A DNA stretch of 63,902 bases, filler included, from Myxococcota bacterium (GTDB lineage: Bacteria > Myxococcota > Myxococcia > Myxococcales > Myxococcaceae): the NCBI GenBank assembly GCA_049322255.1. It is 3 parts of 3 records of this genome, joined end to end, with 100 filler letters (N's around TTAATTAATTAA, not from the genome) between each part and the next. Parts side by side here need not be neighbours in the genome. Positions count along the whole stretch, not along the records: positions 25,249 to 50,295 come from JBMORE010000057.1; positions 50,396 to 63,902 come from JBMORE010000115.1; 1 more part is not named here. One strand, given 5' to 3'. Under the pieces are notes generated by a model that was not told where the DNA came from, did no database searches, and saw only the letters and a program-made list of their open reading frames with translations. Positions 48,528 through 58,565 of this stretch are shown piece after piece. Position 1 is the first letter of the stretch. Each line of letters starts with the position of its first letter. A program made the translations under genes and the position numbers.

Positions 48528-49313
48528 CTATTGTCCCCGCAGCTTGCGAATTTCTTCGTACGCCTGGTTGATCTCGCGAAAACGGCGCGCCGCCACGCTC
48601 ACCGCGCCTGGGCCCAGGTGGGCCACCTTGTCGGGATGATGGAGGAGGGCGAGGCGGCGGTAGGCGCTCTTTATCTCCTCGTCGCTCGCCTCGGGTGAGA
48701 CGCCCAGCGCGGCGTAGTGCCGGGCGCCGCCACCGAAGTGGAGCGCGGTGATCGAACGGTGCTCTTCCTCGGAGATTCCCAGCTCGCCGACGGCACGCTT
48801 GATCGCCTCCCGCTCGAGCTTGGTCACCTCTCCGTCCGCCCGTGCCAGCTCGTAGAGGGCGTTGAGCAAGAGCAGCCGCTCGGAGGGCAAGAGTTTGTCG
48901 CGACACGCACGGGCGACGTCCTCGACGAGCTTGGGGCTGGCGATCGCGCGCTGCAGGCTCTCTCTGACCCACTCGAGCTCGTCGGAGGTGAAGCGCAGGT
49001 CTTCGGCGAAGAACTCTCGCACCACGCGCACTTCTCCGCGCACCAATTCTCCGTCGGCGCGAGCCACCTCGACGAAGAGGGCGCACAAGTGACGAGCGAA
49101 CTGTTCGCGCGCTTGGGCCTCGATGGCGGCTTTGGTGGGAACAGGCGCGGAGGCAGAAAGCGGGATAACGGAGGGTTCGGCAGCGTCATGGAGCTGGTCG
49201 TACCGATGCCCGACCCAAGCACCCAAAAGAGCGAGCACCAGCGCCAGCGTTCCCGAGGAGAACGCCAGGCCGATCGCCGCGCCGATCATCGCCCCGAGGA
49301 TCTTTCCGTACAC
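48528..49313 (-). CDS. DjlA-like co-chaperone (TM + TerB + J domain)
   Basis: GKILGAMIG; two ADG motifs; [22 protein letters not shown]. Confidence 0.85.
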   Translation of the reverse strand: MYGKILGAMIGAAIGLAFSSGTLALVLALLGAWVGHRYDQLHDAAEPSVIPLSASAPVPTKAAIEAQAREQFARHLCALFVEVARADGELVRGEVRVVREFFAEDLRFTSDELEWVRESLQRAIASPKLVEDVARACRDKLLPSERLLLLNALYELARADGEVTKLEREAIKRAVGELGISEEEHRSITALHFGGGARHYAALGVSPEASDEEIKSAYRRLALLHHPDKVAHLGPGAVSVAARRFREINQAYEEIRKLRGQ

Positions 49314-49369
49314 GTACCGCCCACTCCTGCCTTTCGTGCCCAGGAGTTTGGCATAGAGTCGATGGCGCC

Positions 49370-50236
49370 ATGACAGCTGTGCGCATCGACGGGAAGGCGA
49401 TCGCGGCGAAGGTCCGCGGCGAGGTGAAGGAGGCGGTCGTACGCCTCCAGCGCGAGCGCGGCGTCACTCCCGGGCTGGCGGTGGTGCGCGTGGGCGAAGA
49501 TCCCGCTTCCAAGGTCTACGTCGGCTCCAAGCGCAAGGCCGCGGAGGAGGTTGGCTTCAACTCCTGGGAACACCACTTCCCGGAGACGGCTACCCAGAGC
49601 GAGGTGTTGGCCAAGGTTCAGGCGCTGAATCAGGACGCGGCGGTGCACGGCATCCTTGTGCAGTTGCCGTTGCCCAGGCAGCTCGATGCCGAGGCGATTC
49701 TCGTCGCCGTCGCGCCGGAGAAGGACGTCGACGGCTTTCACCCACTGAATGCGGGGCGACTTTTCACCGGTCGGCCGGGAGTGCGGCCGTGTACTCCCGC
49801 CGGGGTGATGCGGCTCTTGGAGGAGATTCGCTTCGACCCCGCGGGGAAGAAGGCGGTGGTGGTGGGACGCAGCAACATCGTGGGTAAGCCCATGGCGATG
49901 CTCCTCCTCGGCGGCGACGCCACGGTGACGCTGTGCCACCGCAAGAGCGACGTTCCCTCCGAAGTGCGCGTGGCCGATTTGCTGGTCGCCGCCGTCGGCG
50001 TGCCCGAGCTCATCAAGGGTGAGTGGGTGAAGCCAGGAGCGGTGGTGGTCGACGTGGGTATGAACCGCACCCCCGAGGGCAAGCTCGTGGGCGACGTCGA
50101 GTTCGCTGCGGCCGCCGAGCGCGCCTCCTTCATCACCCCGGTCCCCGGAGGCGTCGGCCCGATGACCGTGGCGATGCTGATGCAAAACACCCTCGCCGCA
50201 GCCACGCAGCGTCCCTCTCCCCGTGGGAGAGGGTAA
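49370..50236 (+). CDS. folD: Methylenetetrahydrofolate dehydrogenase/cyclohydrolase
   Basis: [36 protein letters not shown]. Confidence 0.97.
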   Translation: MTAVRIDGKAIAAKVRGEVKEAVVRLQRERGVTPGLAVVRVGEDPASKVYVGSKRKAAEEVGFNSWEHHFPETATQSEVLAKVQALNQDAAVHGILVQLPLPRQLDAEAILVAVAPEKDVDGFHPLNAGRLFTGRPGVRPCTPAGVMRLLEEIRFDPAGKKAVVVGRSNIVGKPMAMLLLGGDATVTLCHRKSDVPSEVRVADLLVAAVGVPELIKGEWVKPGAVVVDVGMNRTPEGKLVGDVEFAAAAERASFITPVPGGVGPMTVAMLMQNTLAAATQRPSPRGRG

Positions 50237-50295
50237 GGGTGAGGGGTCGCCAATTTGCTGAGTTGACGCCCTCGCACCCACCCTCTCCCAGCGGG
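50213..50295. repeat. Inverted doublet of CCCTCTCCC-type repeats, copies 7-8, cut by contig end
   Basis: 50213-50246 overlaps the folD stop; 50269-50295 is truncated at the gap. Confidence 0.8.
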
Positions 50296-50395
50296 NNNNN
50301 NNNNNNNNNNNNNNNNNNNNNNNNNNNNNNNNNNNNNNNTTAATTAATTAANNNNNNNNNNNNNNNNNNNNNNNNNNNNNNNNNNNNNNNNNNNN
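50296..50395. other. Artificial 100-nt contig linker
   Basis: N44-TTAATTAATTAA-N44. Confidence 0.97.
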
Positions 50396-50408
50396 GGCAG
50401 ACCGAGGC

Positions 50409-50438
50409 TTGACACCGCCGTCGAAAGGACTCTACAAG
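50409..50438 (+). promoter_or_regulatory. Sigma70-type promoter of the rpsF operon
   Basis: TTGACA-N18-TACAAG. Confidence 0.55.
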
Positions 50439-50518
50439 GCGCCCCCTTCGTTTTCAGGTTCCACAGTCACCCCGCTCGCCGGCTCAAAGCCGCCGGGCAA
50501 AACCCAAGGGGAAGAAAA

Positions 50519-50989
50519 ATGGCCGAGACGCAAAAGCGCCTGCGCGAGTACGAAACGATTTTCCTCGTCAAGCCGGACCTCACCGACGACCAAGTCGATC
50601 AGGTGAAGGAGCGGGTGCGAGGCATCGTCAACCGCGAGGGTGGCAAGTTCCTCCAGTTCAAAGTGTGGGGGAAGAAGCGAACGATGTACCCCCTCGCCAA
50701 GGCCCCGCGCGCCATCTACGTGCACGGGCACTACTTGGGCGGCACCCAGCTGGTGGCCGAGGTGGAGCGCAACCTCCGTAACTTCGACGAGGTGACCCGC
50801 TTCCTCTCGGTTCGGCTGACGGAGGAGGTCGACCCCCAGACCCGCCAGGTGCTCGAGGACGTGAAGATGGCGGGCGATGTCGACGAAGGCCGCCCGGGCG
50901 CGGATCGAGAAGAGCGCGAGGGTAGCTTCCGCGGCGTGCCCGACGAGTCGGTGGGCGACATCGACGAAGAGACCGGCGAGGACTTGTAA
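50519..50989 (+). CDS. rpsF: 30S ribosomal protein S6
   Basis: REYETIF, WGKKR..Y; acidic tail. Confidence 0.95.
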   Translation: MAETQKRLREYETIFLVKPDLTDDQVDQVKERVRGIVNREGGKFLQFKVWGKKRTMYPLAKAPRAIYVHGHYLGGTQLVAEVERNLRNFDEVTRFLSVRLTEEVDPQTRQVLEDVKMAGDVDEGRPGADREEREGSFRGVPDESVGDIDEETGEDL

Positions 50990-51025
50990 CGCCTTCCTTC
51001 GTTTCACTTTTTTGCGAGGAAACCG

Positions 51026-51346
51026 ATGAGAACCGAATTCGACAAGTCGGGTGGGCCTGGCGGCGCTGGCCGGGGAGCGGACCGCGGCGAGGGCCGGGGA
51101 GACGAGGACAAGCGCGGCGGCCGCGCCGGCTTCGGACGCAAGAAGGTCTGCCGCTTCTGCGCCGAGAAGGGCGTTCAGGTCGACTACAAGGACCAGGCCA
51201 CGCTCAAGTACTTCGTCACCGAGCGCGGCAAGATCATTCCCCGCCGCATCTCCGGCAACTGCGCCAAGCACCAGCGCCAGATCGCCACCGCGATCAAGCG
51301 CGCGCGCGGGCTGGCCCTCATCCCCTACATCGTGCTCGGAAGCTAG
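51026..51346 (+). CDS. rpsR: 30S ribosomal protein S18 (Zn-binding form)
   Basis: [27 protein letters not shown]. Confidence 0.97.
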   Translation: MRTEFDKSGGPGGAGRGADRGEGRGDEDKRGGRAGFGRKKVCRFCAEKGVQVDYKDQATLKYFVTERGKIIPRRISGNCAKHQRQIATAIKRARGLALIPYIVLGS

Positions 51347-51349
51347 ACC

Positions 51350-51802
51350 ATGAGGCTCATCCTGAGAGAAGACGTGTACAACCTGGGCAAGTCCGGCGAG
51401 GTGGTGTCGGTCAAGCCAGGCTACGGCCGCAACTACCTGCTCCCCAAGAAGCTGGCGGTGCTGGCCAACGAGAAGAACATTCGCCAGCTCGAGCACGAGA
51501 AGGTGGTCATCTCGGCCCGTCAAGCCAAGCTCAAAGGGGTGGCCGATGAGCTGGGCAAGAAGCTCTCCTCCGCGGTGGTGAAGATTTCTCGCAAGGTCGG
51601 CGAGCAGGACAAGCTCTTCGGCTCGGTGACTGCGTTGGACGTCGCCGAGGGGCTGGTGGCGCAGGGCCTCAAAGTCGAGCGGCGGCAAGTTCACCTGCCC
51701 GAGCCCATCAAGGCGGTGGGAACCTTCGACGTCGAGGTGCGCCTGCATCGCGAGGTGACGGTTCCCGTCAAGGTCGAGGTCGTTCCAGAAGCGCAGCCGT
51801 AG
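51350..51802 (+). CDS. rplI: 50S ribosomal protein L9
   Basis: [19 protein letters not shown]. Confidence 0.97.
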   Translation: MRLILREDVYNLGKSGEVVSVKPGYGRNYLLPKKLAVLANEKNIRQLEHEKVVISARQAKLKGVADELGKKLSSAVVKISRKVGEQDKLFGSVTALDVAEGLVAQGLKVERRQVHLPEPIKAVGTFDVEVRLHREVTVPVKVEVVPEAQP

Positions 51803-51832
51803 TGGCGTGGTAGGCGCTACACTCTTCCGCCC

Positions 51833-53191
51833 ATGAACGCTCCCGCCGCGTCGGGCGCCAGGCTCCATGAAGACTTGTCCGCCGAGCGTGCGGTGCTGGG
51901 CGCCGTGCTCGCGGACAACAGCGTCATCACCGAGGTCGCCGAGGTCGTTCACACCGACGACTTCTCCGCACCCGCGCATGCGCAGATCTTCGACGCCATG
52001 TTGGGCCTCGACGCGGCTGCGAAGAAAGTCGACCACCTCACTCTCTCCGAAGAGCTGAAGACCCGCGGCCAGCTGGCCAGCGTGGGCGGGCCGGCCTACC
52101 TGATGGGCCTGGACCAGGTGGTGCCCGTCGCGCAGAACGCGGTGCACTACGCAGAAATCGTCCGCGATCAGGCGCTGCGCCGTCGCCTGGCCCAGGTGGG
52201 GCGGCAGATCGTCGAGCTGGCCAGCCAACCCAGCGGCGAGCTGGCGGCGCTGGTCGACGAGTCAGAGCGCCTGGTCTTCCAAGTAGCGGAAAAGAAGCGG
52301 GTGGGAGACCTGCTCCCGGTGCGGGAGCTGATGGAGCCCACCCTCGACATGCTGGAGAAGATGCGCCTGTCCTCGACGGGCGTCACCGGGCTGTCCACCG
52401 GCTACGTGGATCTCGATCTCCAGCTCACCGGCCTGCACGCGGGGGAGCTCGTCATCCTCGCGGCGCGCCCCGGCATCGGCAAGACCTCTCTGGCGATGAA
52501 CATCGCCATGCACGCCGCCTTAGGGGAAAACACCGCGGTCGGCATCTTCTCGCTGGAGATGCCGTCGAGCCAGCTGCTCATGCGCCTGCTCGCCTCCACC
52601 GCGCGGGTGGACATGAAGAAGCTGCGCGGCGGCCGCCTCACCGCCCACGACGAGGAGAAGTTTCAAGAGGTCGCCGGCAAGCTGTGGAATGCTCCTTTGT
52701 ACATCGATGACACCGGCGCGCTCTCGCCGTTCGACCTGCGCGCCAAAGCGCGCCGCCTCAAGCAGAAAGATGAGCGGCTGGGGCTCCTCGTCATCGACTA
52801 TCTTCAGCTGATGCACCAAAAGGGCCGGGTGGAGAGCCGACAGCTCGAGGTCTCGGAGATCAGCCGCAGCCTCAAGTCGCTGGCCAAAGAGCTGAGTCTG
52901 CCGATCGTCGCCCTCTCCCAGCTCAACCGGAAGGTGGAGGAGCGAAAAGGCGGCCGGCCGATGCTCTCCGACCTGCGCGAGTCGGGGGCGATCGAGCAAG
53001 ATGCCGACGTGGTGCTGTTCATTCACCGCGACGAGGGTGACGAAGAGGGCGACGGCGAGCGCCGCACCGGCGCCATTCCGGTCGAGCTCATCGTGGCCAA
53101 GCAACGCAACGGCCCCATCGGCACCATCGATTTGGTCTTCCTCTCCGAGTTCACTCGTTTCGAGAGCCGTGCCCGGGGAGACTGGCAATGA
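51833..53191 (+). CDS. dnaB: Replicative DNA helicase
   Basis: AARPGIGKT, FSLEM, IDYLQL, LSQLNR, DLRESGAIEQDAD, KQRNG; no intein. Confidence 0.97.
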   Translation: MNAPAASGARLHEDLSAERAVLGAVLADNSVITEVAEVVHTDDFSAPAHAQIFDAMLGLDAAAKKVDHLTLSEELKTRGQLASVGGPAYLMGLDQVVPVAQNAVHYAEIVRDQALRRRLAQVGRQIVELASQPSGELAALVDESERLVFQVAEKKRVGDLLPVRELMEPTLDMLEKMRLSSTGVTGLSTGYVDLDLQLTGLHAGELVILAARPGIGKTSLAMNIAMHAALGENTAVGIFSLEMPSSQLLMRLLASTARVDMKKLRGGRLTAHDEEKFQEVAGKLWNAPLYIDDTGALSPFDLRAKARRLKQKDERLGLLVIDYLQLMHQKGRVESRQLEVSEISRSLKSLAKELSLPIVALSQLNRKVEERKGGRPMLSDLRESGAIEQDADVVLFIHRDEGDEEGDGERRTGAIPVELIVAKQRNGPIGTIDLVFLSEFTRFESRARGDWQ

Positions 53192-54117
53192 GCGGTGGCA
53201 CCGTCGCGCCCGAACGGCTGATTCTGGTGGTCGATGACGACGAGCACACCAGAAACCTCTTGCGCGACCTGTGCGAGGCCTCGGGGTTCAAAGTGCGTCT
53301 GGCCGAGGACGGAGTCGACGCCCTGGCGCGCCTCGTGGAGGAAAAACCCGACCTCGTCCTGCTGGATCTCATGATGCCGCGCAAAGACGGGTTCTCGGTG
53401 CTCAAGTCCATTCGCGAGTCGGCCGAATGGGCCGACCTGCCGGTCATCATCCTCACCGCGATGGGGGACATGGACGGGAAGATTCACGGCATGGAGCTGG
53501 GCGCCGACGACTACGTCACAAAGCCCTTCAAGCTGATCGAGCTGCAGACGCGCATCAACTCGGCGCTGATGGTGCGCGACTACCGCAAGCGCCTGATGGC
53601 GGCCGAAGAGGAGCTCGCCCAGCTGCGCGCGCTCGACCCGGTGACAGGCGCCGGCACCTACTCGCAGCTCAAAGCCAGCTTGGACGGCGAGATTGCGCGC
53701 TCGCGGCGGTACGGGCGCCCGGTGGCAGCGTTGATGTTCGGCTTCGACGACTACCAGGCGTTGCGTTACCAGCTGGGCCGCGACAAGTGCGACGAGCTGG
53801 TGGGGAAGATGGCCGCCGACATCCGCGGCAGCCTTCGCGGCGCCGACCGGCTGTTCCGTATGGATGCCGACGAGTTCGTCATTCTTTTGCCCGAGACCGA
53901 CTTGAAGGGCGCGCGCAACGCCGGCGAGCGGCTGATCAAGCTGGTGGGCGCGCTCTCCGCCCAAGGGCGCGAAGGGGCGGTCGAGGTTCGAATGCGGGTG
54001 GGTGGCGCCGTCTTTCCCCACGAACGGGTGCGTTCCAGCGAAGACCTCTTGCGCGAGGCCAACCGCGTCTTTCGCTCCTTGCGTGACACACCCGACAAGC
54101 TCCTCTTCGAAAGCTGA
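53188..54117 (+). CDS. Response regulator with degenerate GGDEF domain
   Basis: Intact receiver (VDDD, LDLMMP, LTA, KPF); active site reads DADEF; RGAD I-site. Confidence 0.88.
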   Translation: MSGGTVAPERLILVVDDDEHTRNLLRDLCEASGFKVRLAEDGVDALARLVEEKPDLVLLDLMMPRKDGFSVLKSIRESAEWADLPVIILTAMGDMDGKIHGMELGADDYVTKPFKLIELQTRINSALMVRDYRKRLMAAEEELAQLRALDPVTGAGTYSQLKASLDGEIARSRRYGRPVAALMFGFDDYQALRYQLGRDKCDELVGKMAADIRGSLRGADRLFRMDADEFVILLPETDLKGARNAGERLIKLVGALSAQGREGAVEVRMRVGGAVFPHERVRSSEDLLREANRVFRSLRDTPDKLLFES

Positions 54118-54119
54118 CC

Positions 54120-54461
54120 GTGGCGCTCAACAAGTCCAAATTGGCCGCCGCCGTGCTCGGGGGGCTGGTGCTTTTGTGGGCGTTGGCCCTCTTCGTGGGA
54201 ATGCCTTGGCTGCACACCCAGAAGGTGGAGAACCTCGTGGGACAACCGCTCACGCTGGTGCTCGAGCAACTGGGGCCACCCACACGAGAGTGGACCGCCG
54301 AAAGCTTCGCCTGCGCGTCGCAGTTTCCCTGCGTGGCCGCGAACGCGCGCGGTGGGCCGGTGCTTTTGTACTCCGATGGAAGAAGCCAGGCCTGGTACCT
54401 GTACTTCGACGCCCATCGAAAGCTCACGGGCACCGAGGCCAGCCGACCGCCCCGCAATTGA
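54120..54461 (+). CDS. Small membrane-anchored hypothetical protein
   Basis: N-terminal TM helix; starts 2 nt after the upstream stop. Confidence 0.55.
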   Translation: MALNKSKLAAAVLGGLVLLWALALFVGMPWLHTQKVENLVGQPLTLVLEQLGPPTREWTAESFACASQFPCVAANARGGPVLLYSDGRSQAWYLYFDAHRKLTGTEASRPPRN

Positions 54462-54464
54462 AGG

Positions 54465-55100
54465 CTAGAAGAAGACCGCCACCCCGTACTGAAAGCCCAC
54501 GTTGACCAGGAAGATGCTGGGCGTCGACGCGGTGAAGTACAGCCCCAGGGGCACCGCCAAGCTGACCGCCCACGATCTGCCGACGAAAACCTCCACCCCG
54601 GCCGCGAGGTCGAGCCCGAAGGTCGCTCCGCTGGCGAAGTTGGTGCCGGTGACCCCGATGGGCAGCCCGGCCCACACGAAGGGGTTGAAGCGCGGGCCCA
54701 AGTCGAGCTTGCTGGACAGGTTCAGCTTCGCCCCTGGCTCGAGGAGGAACTGCAGCGCGGTGGCACCTGTCCCGAACCCCAACGTGGTCGAGCCGACGTC
54801 AATCGCCACCGCCCCACCCACCGCCACGAGGTCGGTGAGCGAGTAGGCCGCACCTCCGTTGAGCCCGAAGCCGAACTGGGTGAACCCGCTGCCGCCCACC
54901 GAGCCAAAGTTGAGCCCCAGCCCGCGAGGCATGAAGAACCCGGCCGCGTAGTTCTGGGTGGCGACCGGCGGAGAGGTGAAGAACACCTGCCAGCTCCCCG
55001 TGCGAGGCAGGTCGAAGGACGGCGCCGTCGTCTCCATTTCTTCTTGCGCCGAGGCGGTGGCGGCAAGAAGTGCCCCGGCGGCGATGAACGCGTACCGCAT
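54465..55100 (-). CDS. Putative small outer-membrane beta-barrel
   Basis: Signal peptide ASA-Q; alternating Gly/aromatic strands; C-terminal Phe (YGVAVFF). Confidence 0.75.
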   Translation of the reverse strand: MRYAFIAAGALLAATASAQEEMETTAPSFDLPRTGSWQVFFTSPPVATQNYAAGFFMPRGLGLNFGSVGGSGFTQFGFGLNGGAAYSLTDLVAVGGAVAIDVGSTTLGFGTGATALQFLLEPGAKLNLSSKLDLGPRFNPFVWAGLPIGVTGTNFASGATFGLDLAAGVEVFVGRSWAVSLAVPLGLYFTASTPSIFLVNVGFQYGVAVFF

Positions 55101-55139
55101 GTTTCCCCTCCCTCGAATGGCGCGGTCTCGCGCCGATCG

Positions 55140-58100
55140 CTAGTTGATGCCTCCACCGCAAGCACAGGTCGACGTGTTGCAGCTCTGGCCCTGCGGGCAC
55201 CCGCCGCAGTCGGGCTTGCACACGCAGGCGCAACTGGTGGCATTGGCGTCGTAGCTCGGCCCGCAGTTGAGCGCTGCCGTGTCGCAGACACACCCGCACA
55301 CCCCTCCACCGTTCTGGAAGGTGTACCCAGGCGCGCAGGTGGCGTTGACGACGCACTCGCACGCGCAGGAGGTGGTGTTGCAGGTCTGGTAGCCGGAGCA
55401 GGTGCCTCCGCAGTCGGGGGTGCAGACGAAGTCGCACACCAGCTTGTTGGTGTTGCATACCCGGCCCGGGGGTGGCGTGCCGCCGCAGTTGGCGGGGCAC
55501 TCGCAAACGTCGGCGGTCAGGTTGCAAGCCAGCCGCCCGCGACAGAAGTCGGGGTCGTTGGCGTCGTAGTCGGGGTCGTTGATGCACGGGGGCGGGTTGC
55601 CGTCGGGGTTGGGGGTGGCCTCGATCCAGTAGCGGTAGGAGACCGCGGCGCGGTTGTTGACGGCCGTCCCCGGGCGGCAAGCGCCGAAGAAGGAGATGGT
55701 GCGGTTCACCCCGCTGAAGTCGAACCCGTTGACTCGGCTGCGAGGCAAGTCGTCTTTGTTGCACATCGCCGCGTCGAGCACGTCGTCCATCGCCACCTTC
55801 ACCGAGGCGCCGATGGGCGGCTTGAGCATCTGCTTGCCAGCGGCGGCGATCGTCGAATTCACGATCGCGTCGATGGCGTTGGAGATGGCGGTGGCGCCGC
55901 CGTTGATCGCCCCGCGCACGCCTCCGGTGGCCGTGATGACCTGTCCGTGGCGCTGTGGGTTGCGCTGCGTCTCGCCACAGCTCTGGCCGGCAGGGCACAC
56001 GATGCCGTGGAAAACGATTCGTTGATTGAGGTTGTTGCGGGTCACCCCGGCGGTCGTGCCGGTATTGTTGAAGAAATCGATGAAGTTCTGGACGGTCGAG
56101 TTGGATTGGCCGTCCGACTGGTCATCGGCGTCGCCCAAGCCGATGACCACCAGCGTGGCGCCATCGCGAACCTTGTTCACCACCTCGGTGGCCGAGGCGG
56201 GGCTGATGAAGTTGATGACGTTTCGAGCCGAGTGCAGCATCCACTCGGCGCCGCCGGAGGCGCCGAGCCAGCACCCGCCGTTGGCCCCGTTGGGCGCCGA
56301 GCCGTTGGAGTCGCACGCCGCCACCGGCATGACGATGGTGCAGTTGCCGCCGCTGCACGTCGAGCCTTGGCTGAGCCAGGCCCGAAACTGGCTCACGTTC
56401 CGGGAGAAGCCGCGCATCACGCCCTGGTTGTTGCCGCCGTTGGAGTAACCGGTGCTGATCAGCGCCAGGCGGAAATCGAGCGACGAGTTGTTCAGGCTGG
56501 CGACCATCGCATTGGCGGAGTTGGCCAGCGCCTGCTGGTAACTGGCCATCGAGCAGCTGTCGTCCACCACGAAGAGGAAGTCGACCTTGCTGTTGCCGGG
56601 GGCGAAGGCCTCGCACTGCACCGCGTTGGCATCGCCAAACTGCGCCAGGGCCGAGCCGCCCGCAGTGTCGCTCACGGTGAAGATGCCCGGTTCCGCGTAC
56701 ATCGCCTGCGGAGTGAGGGCGAGCACCACCACCACCGACTGGTTGCTGCGGTGCACGTACTCGGCCTGCAGCTGAAAGGGCCCGGTGACACCCGCCAGCC
56801 CTTGCAGCGCCCCGGCGCCTGCGCCCACCAGCGTCAGCGCCAAGTCGTTGGCCTGGGTCTTCAAGTCGTCGTTGCTCGCCTGCTGGTAGAAGGCCTGCAG
56901 CGCGGGCATCATGTCCCAGGTGGTGAAGGTTTGGGTGGTGACGTTGGAGAGGGCTCCCTCGCCGCCGATGGTGCCGCGCAGGGCCGCCTCGTCGGCGGTG
57001 GGGTTGGTGGCTCCACCGGGAGCAGCCTGCTTGAAGGCGATGAAGGCGACCTTGCGGGTGTCGTCATAGCCGATGAGCCCGCGCGCCTGCGCACCTACCG
57101 TCATGGTGGCAATCTCGTTGAAGGTGGCTGGCAGACCGAGGCGAATGTCGGGTACCCCTTCGGCGCGGAAGACCACCGGGCGCAGGTTGGCCGCGGTGCA
57201 CACTTTGCCGGCGGGCCCTCCCCCGTCGTTCACGTCGTTGGGGTTGAGCTCGCCGGGGTCGACGCGCCCGTTCTGGTTGGTGTCCTCGGCGCCGTCGTCG
57301 ATCCCATCGTTGTCCGAGTCGCCTTTGGTGGGGTCGGTGGTGGTCGTGGGGTCGGCGTCGGGGACGAAGCTTGGGCAGTTGGTGGCGTCTGGGTTGGTCG
57401 CCACGCCCCGCTCGATGCCGTCGCGAATGCCATCGCCGTCGGTGTCGAACCTCGTCGGGTCGGTTTCGTTGGCGTCGACTTGGCCGTTGGTGTTGAGGTC
57501 TTCACCCAACCAACCCATCGCCGCGTTGTTGGGGCCGTCGACCAGACCGTCGCAGTCGGAATCGACCCGCAAGGGGTTGGTCTCGCCCACGTCGACGCGG
57601 CCGTTCTTGTTCTTGTCCTCGATGCCGTCGTTGAGGCCGTCGCCATCGGTGTCGGCGAGGTTGGGGTTGGTTTCCCCCGGGTCGACGGCGTTGTTGCCGT
57701 TGGCGTCCTCGATGTTGTTGGGGATGCCATCCATGTCGGTGTCCACCACGTTGGTGGGACCGCAGTCGGTGGACAACTTGGGGTTGGTCTCTCCTGGGTC
57801 GACCGCCCCGTTTTGGTTGAAGTCCTCGTTGCCGTCGAGACAAGTGTCGCCGTCGGTGTCGGCCTTGGTCGGGTCGGTGAGGGTGACGTTCACCTCCACC
57901 CCGTCGTTGATTTTGTCGCCGTCGGTGTCCTTGAGCCGCGGGTCGGTCTCCCCCGGGTCCACCACGCCATTGGCGTTGGCATCTTCCTGTCCGTCGGAGC
58001 GCCCGTCGCCGTCGGAGTCGGGGCTGTTGGGGTCGGTCTCGCCGGAGTCAACTTGCCCATTCTTGCTCACGTCCTCCACTCCGTCGGGCACACCGTCGGC

Positions 58101-58553
58101 GTCGGAGTCGGCCTCGGTGGGCAAGGTGGTGCTCGCCGGGTCGGCGTCGCCGGCGAAGCTTTGGCAGTTGGGGTCGACCGAGGTGGTGCGGCCCAGCTCT
58201 ATCCCGTCGAGAATGCCGTCACCGTCGGAGTCGGGGTTGGCCGGGTCGGTCCGCTTCCCGCCGCCGTAGACCGTGCCGAACTCCTCGGCGTCGTTCAGCC
58301 CGTCACAGTCGCTGTCCCGCGTGGCATTGCTGGGGTCGTTGGGGTCGACCTGAACTCCGGCGTCTACCCCGCCCCCGTCCTGCTCCACGGTGCCGCCGCC
58401 TCCGCCTCCGCCGCCGCCACCACCACCTCCTCCACCACCGCCGTCCTCTTCCGGGTTGGGGTCAGGGTTGGTGGCGGGTGAGGGACAGGAGCAGCCGGAG
58501 ACCACCGCGGCGGAAAAAGCCGCCGCGACCAGCCACAGCTTGAGCGAGTTCAT
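55140..58553 (-). CDS. cglD: CglD-like gliding adhesin lipoprotein (TSP3-like Ca-binding repeats + vWA + Cys-rich tail)
   Basis: Lipobox VSG-C; poly-Gly linker; many D[ST]DGDG..DG.E repeats; MIDAS DDSCS; C-terminal CxC repeats. Confidence 0.7.
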   Translation of the reverse strand: MNSLKLWLVAAAFSAAVVSGCSCPSPATNPDPNPEEDGGGGGGGGGGGGGGGGGTVEQDGGGVDAGVQVDPNDPSNATRDSDCDGLNDAEEFGTVYGGGKRTDPANPDSDGDGILDGIELGRTTSVDPNCQSFAGDADPASTTLPTEADSDADGVPDGVEDVSKNGQVDSGETDPNSPDSDGDGRSDGQEDANANGVVDPGETDPRLKDTDGDKINDGVEVNVTLTDPTKADTDGDTCLDGNEDFNQNGAVDPGETNPKLSTDCGPTNVVDTDMDGIPNNIEDANGNNAVDPGETNPNLADTDGDGLNDGIEDKNKNGRVDVGETNPLRVDSDCDGLVDGPNNAAMGWLGEDLNTNGQVDANETDPTRFDTDGDGIRDGIERGVATNPDATNCPSFVPDADPTTTTDPTKGDSDNDGIDDGAEDTNQNGRVDPGELNPNDVNDGGGPAGKVCTAANLRPVVFRAEGVPDIRLGLPATFNEIATMTVGAQARGLIGYDDTRKVAFIAFKQAAPGGATNPTADEAALRGTIGGEGALSNVTTQTFTTWDMMPALQAFYQQASNDDLKTQANDLALTLVGAGAGALQGLAGVTGPFQLQAEYVHRSNQSVVVVLALTPQAMYAEPGIFTVSDTAGGSALAQFGDANAVQCEAFAPGNSKVDFLFVVDDSCSMASYQQALANSANAMVASLNNSSLDFRLALISTGYSNGGNNQGVMRGFSRNVSQFRAWLSQGSTCSGGNCTIVMPVAACDSNGSAPNGANGGCWLGASGGAEWMLHSARNVINFISPASATEVVNKVRDGATLVVIGLGDADDQSDGQSNSTVQNFIDFFNNTGTTAGVTRNNLNQRIVFHGIVCPAGQSCGETQRNPQRHGQVITATGGVRGAINGGATAISNAIDAIVNSTIAAAGKQMLKPPIGASVKVAMDDVLDAAMCNKDDLPRSRVNGFDFSGVNRTISFFGACRPGTAVNNRAAVSYRYWIEATPNPDGNPPPCINDPDYDANDPDFCRGRLACNLTADVCECPANCGGTPPPGRVCNTNKLVCDFVCTPDCGGTCSGYQTCNTTSCACECVVNATCAPGYTFQNGGGVCGCVCDTAALNCGPSYDANATSCACVCKPDCGGCPQGQSCNTSTCACGGGIN

Positions 58554-58565
58554 ACGACGGGCTCC

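Noticed and set aside
57230..58440. Repetitive DNA that could suggest a CRISPR or VNTR array
   Set aside because: Encodes DxDGDG Ca-binding repeats and poly-Gly of the adhesin; no constant repeat-spacer pattern and no cas genes
55044..58481. 1145-aa plus-strand ORF and other long antisense ORFs (e.g. 5638-7584, 31183-33315, 44982-47087)
   Set aside because: Shadow frames of GC3-rich genes on the other strand; no motifs
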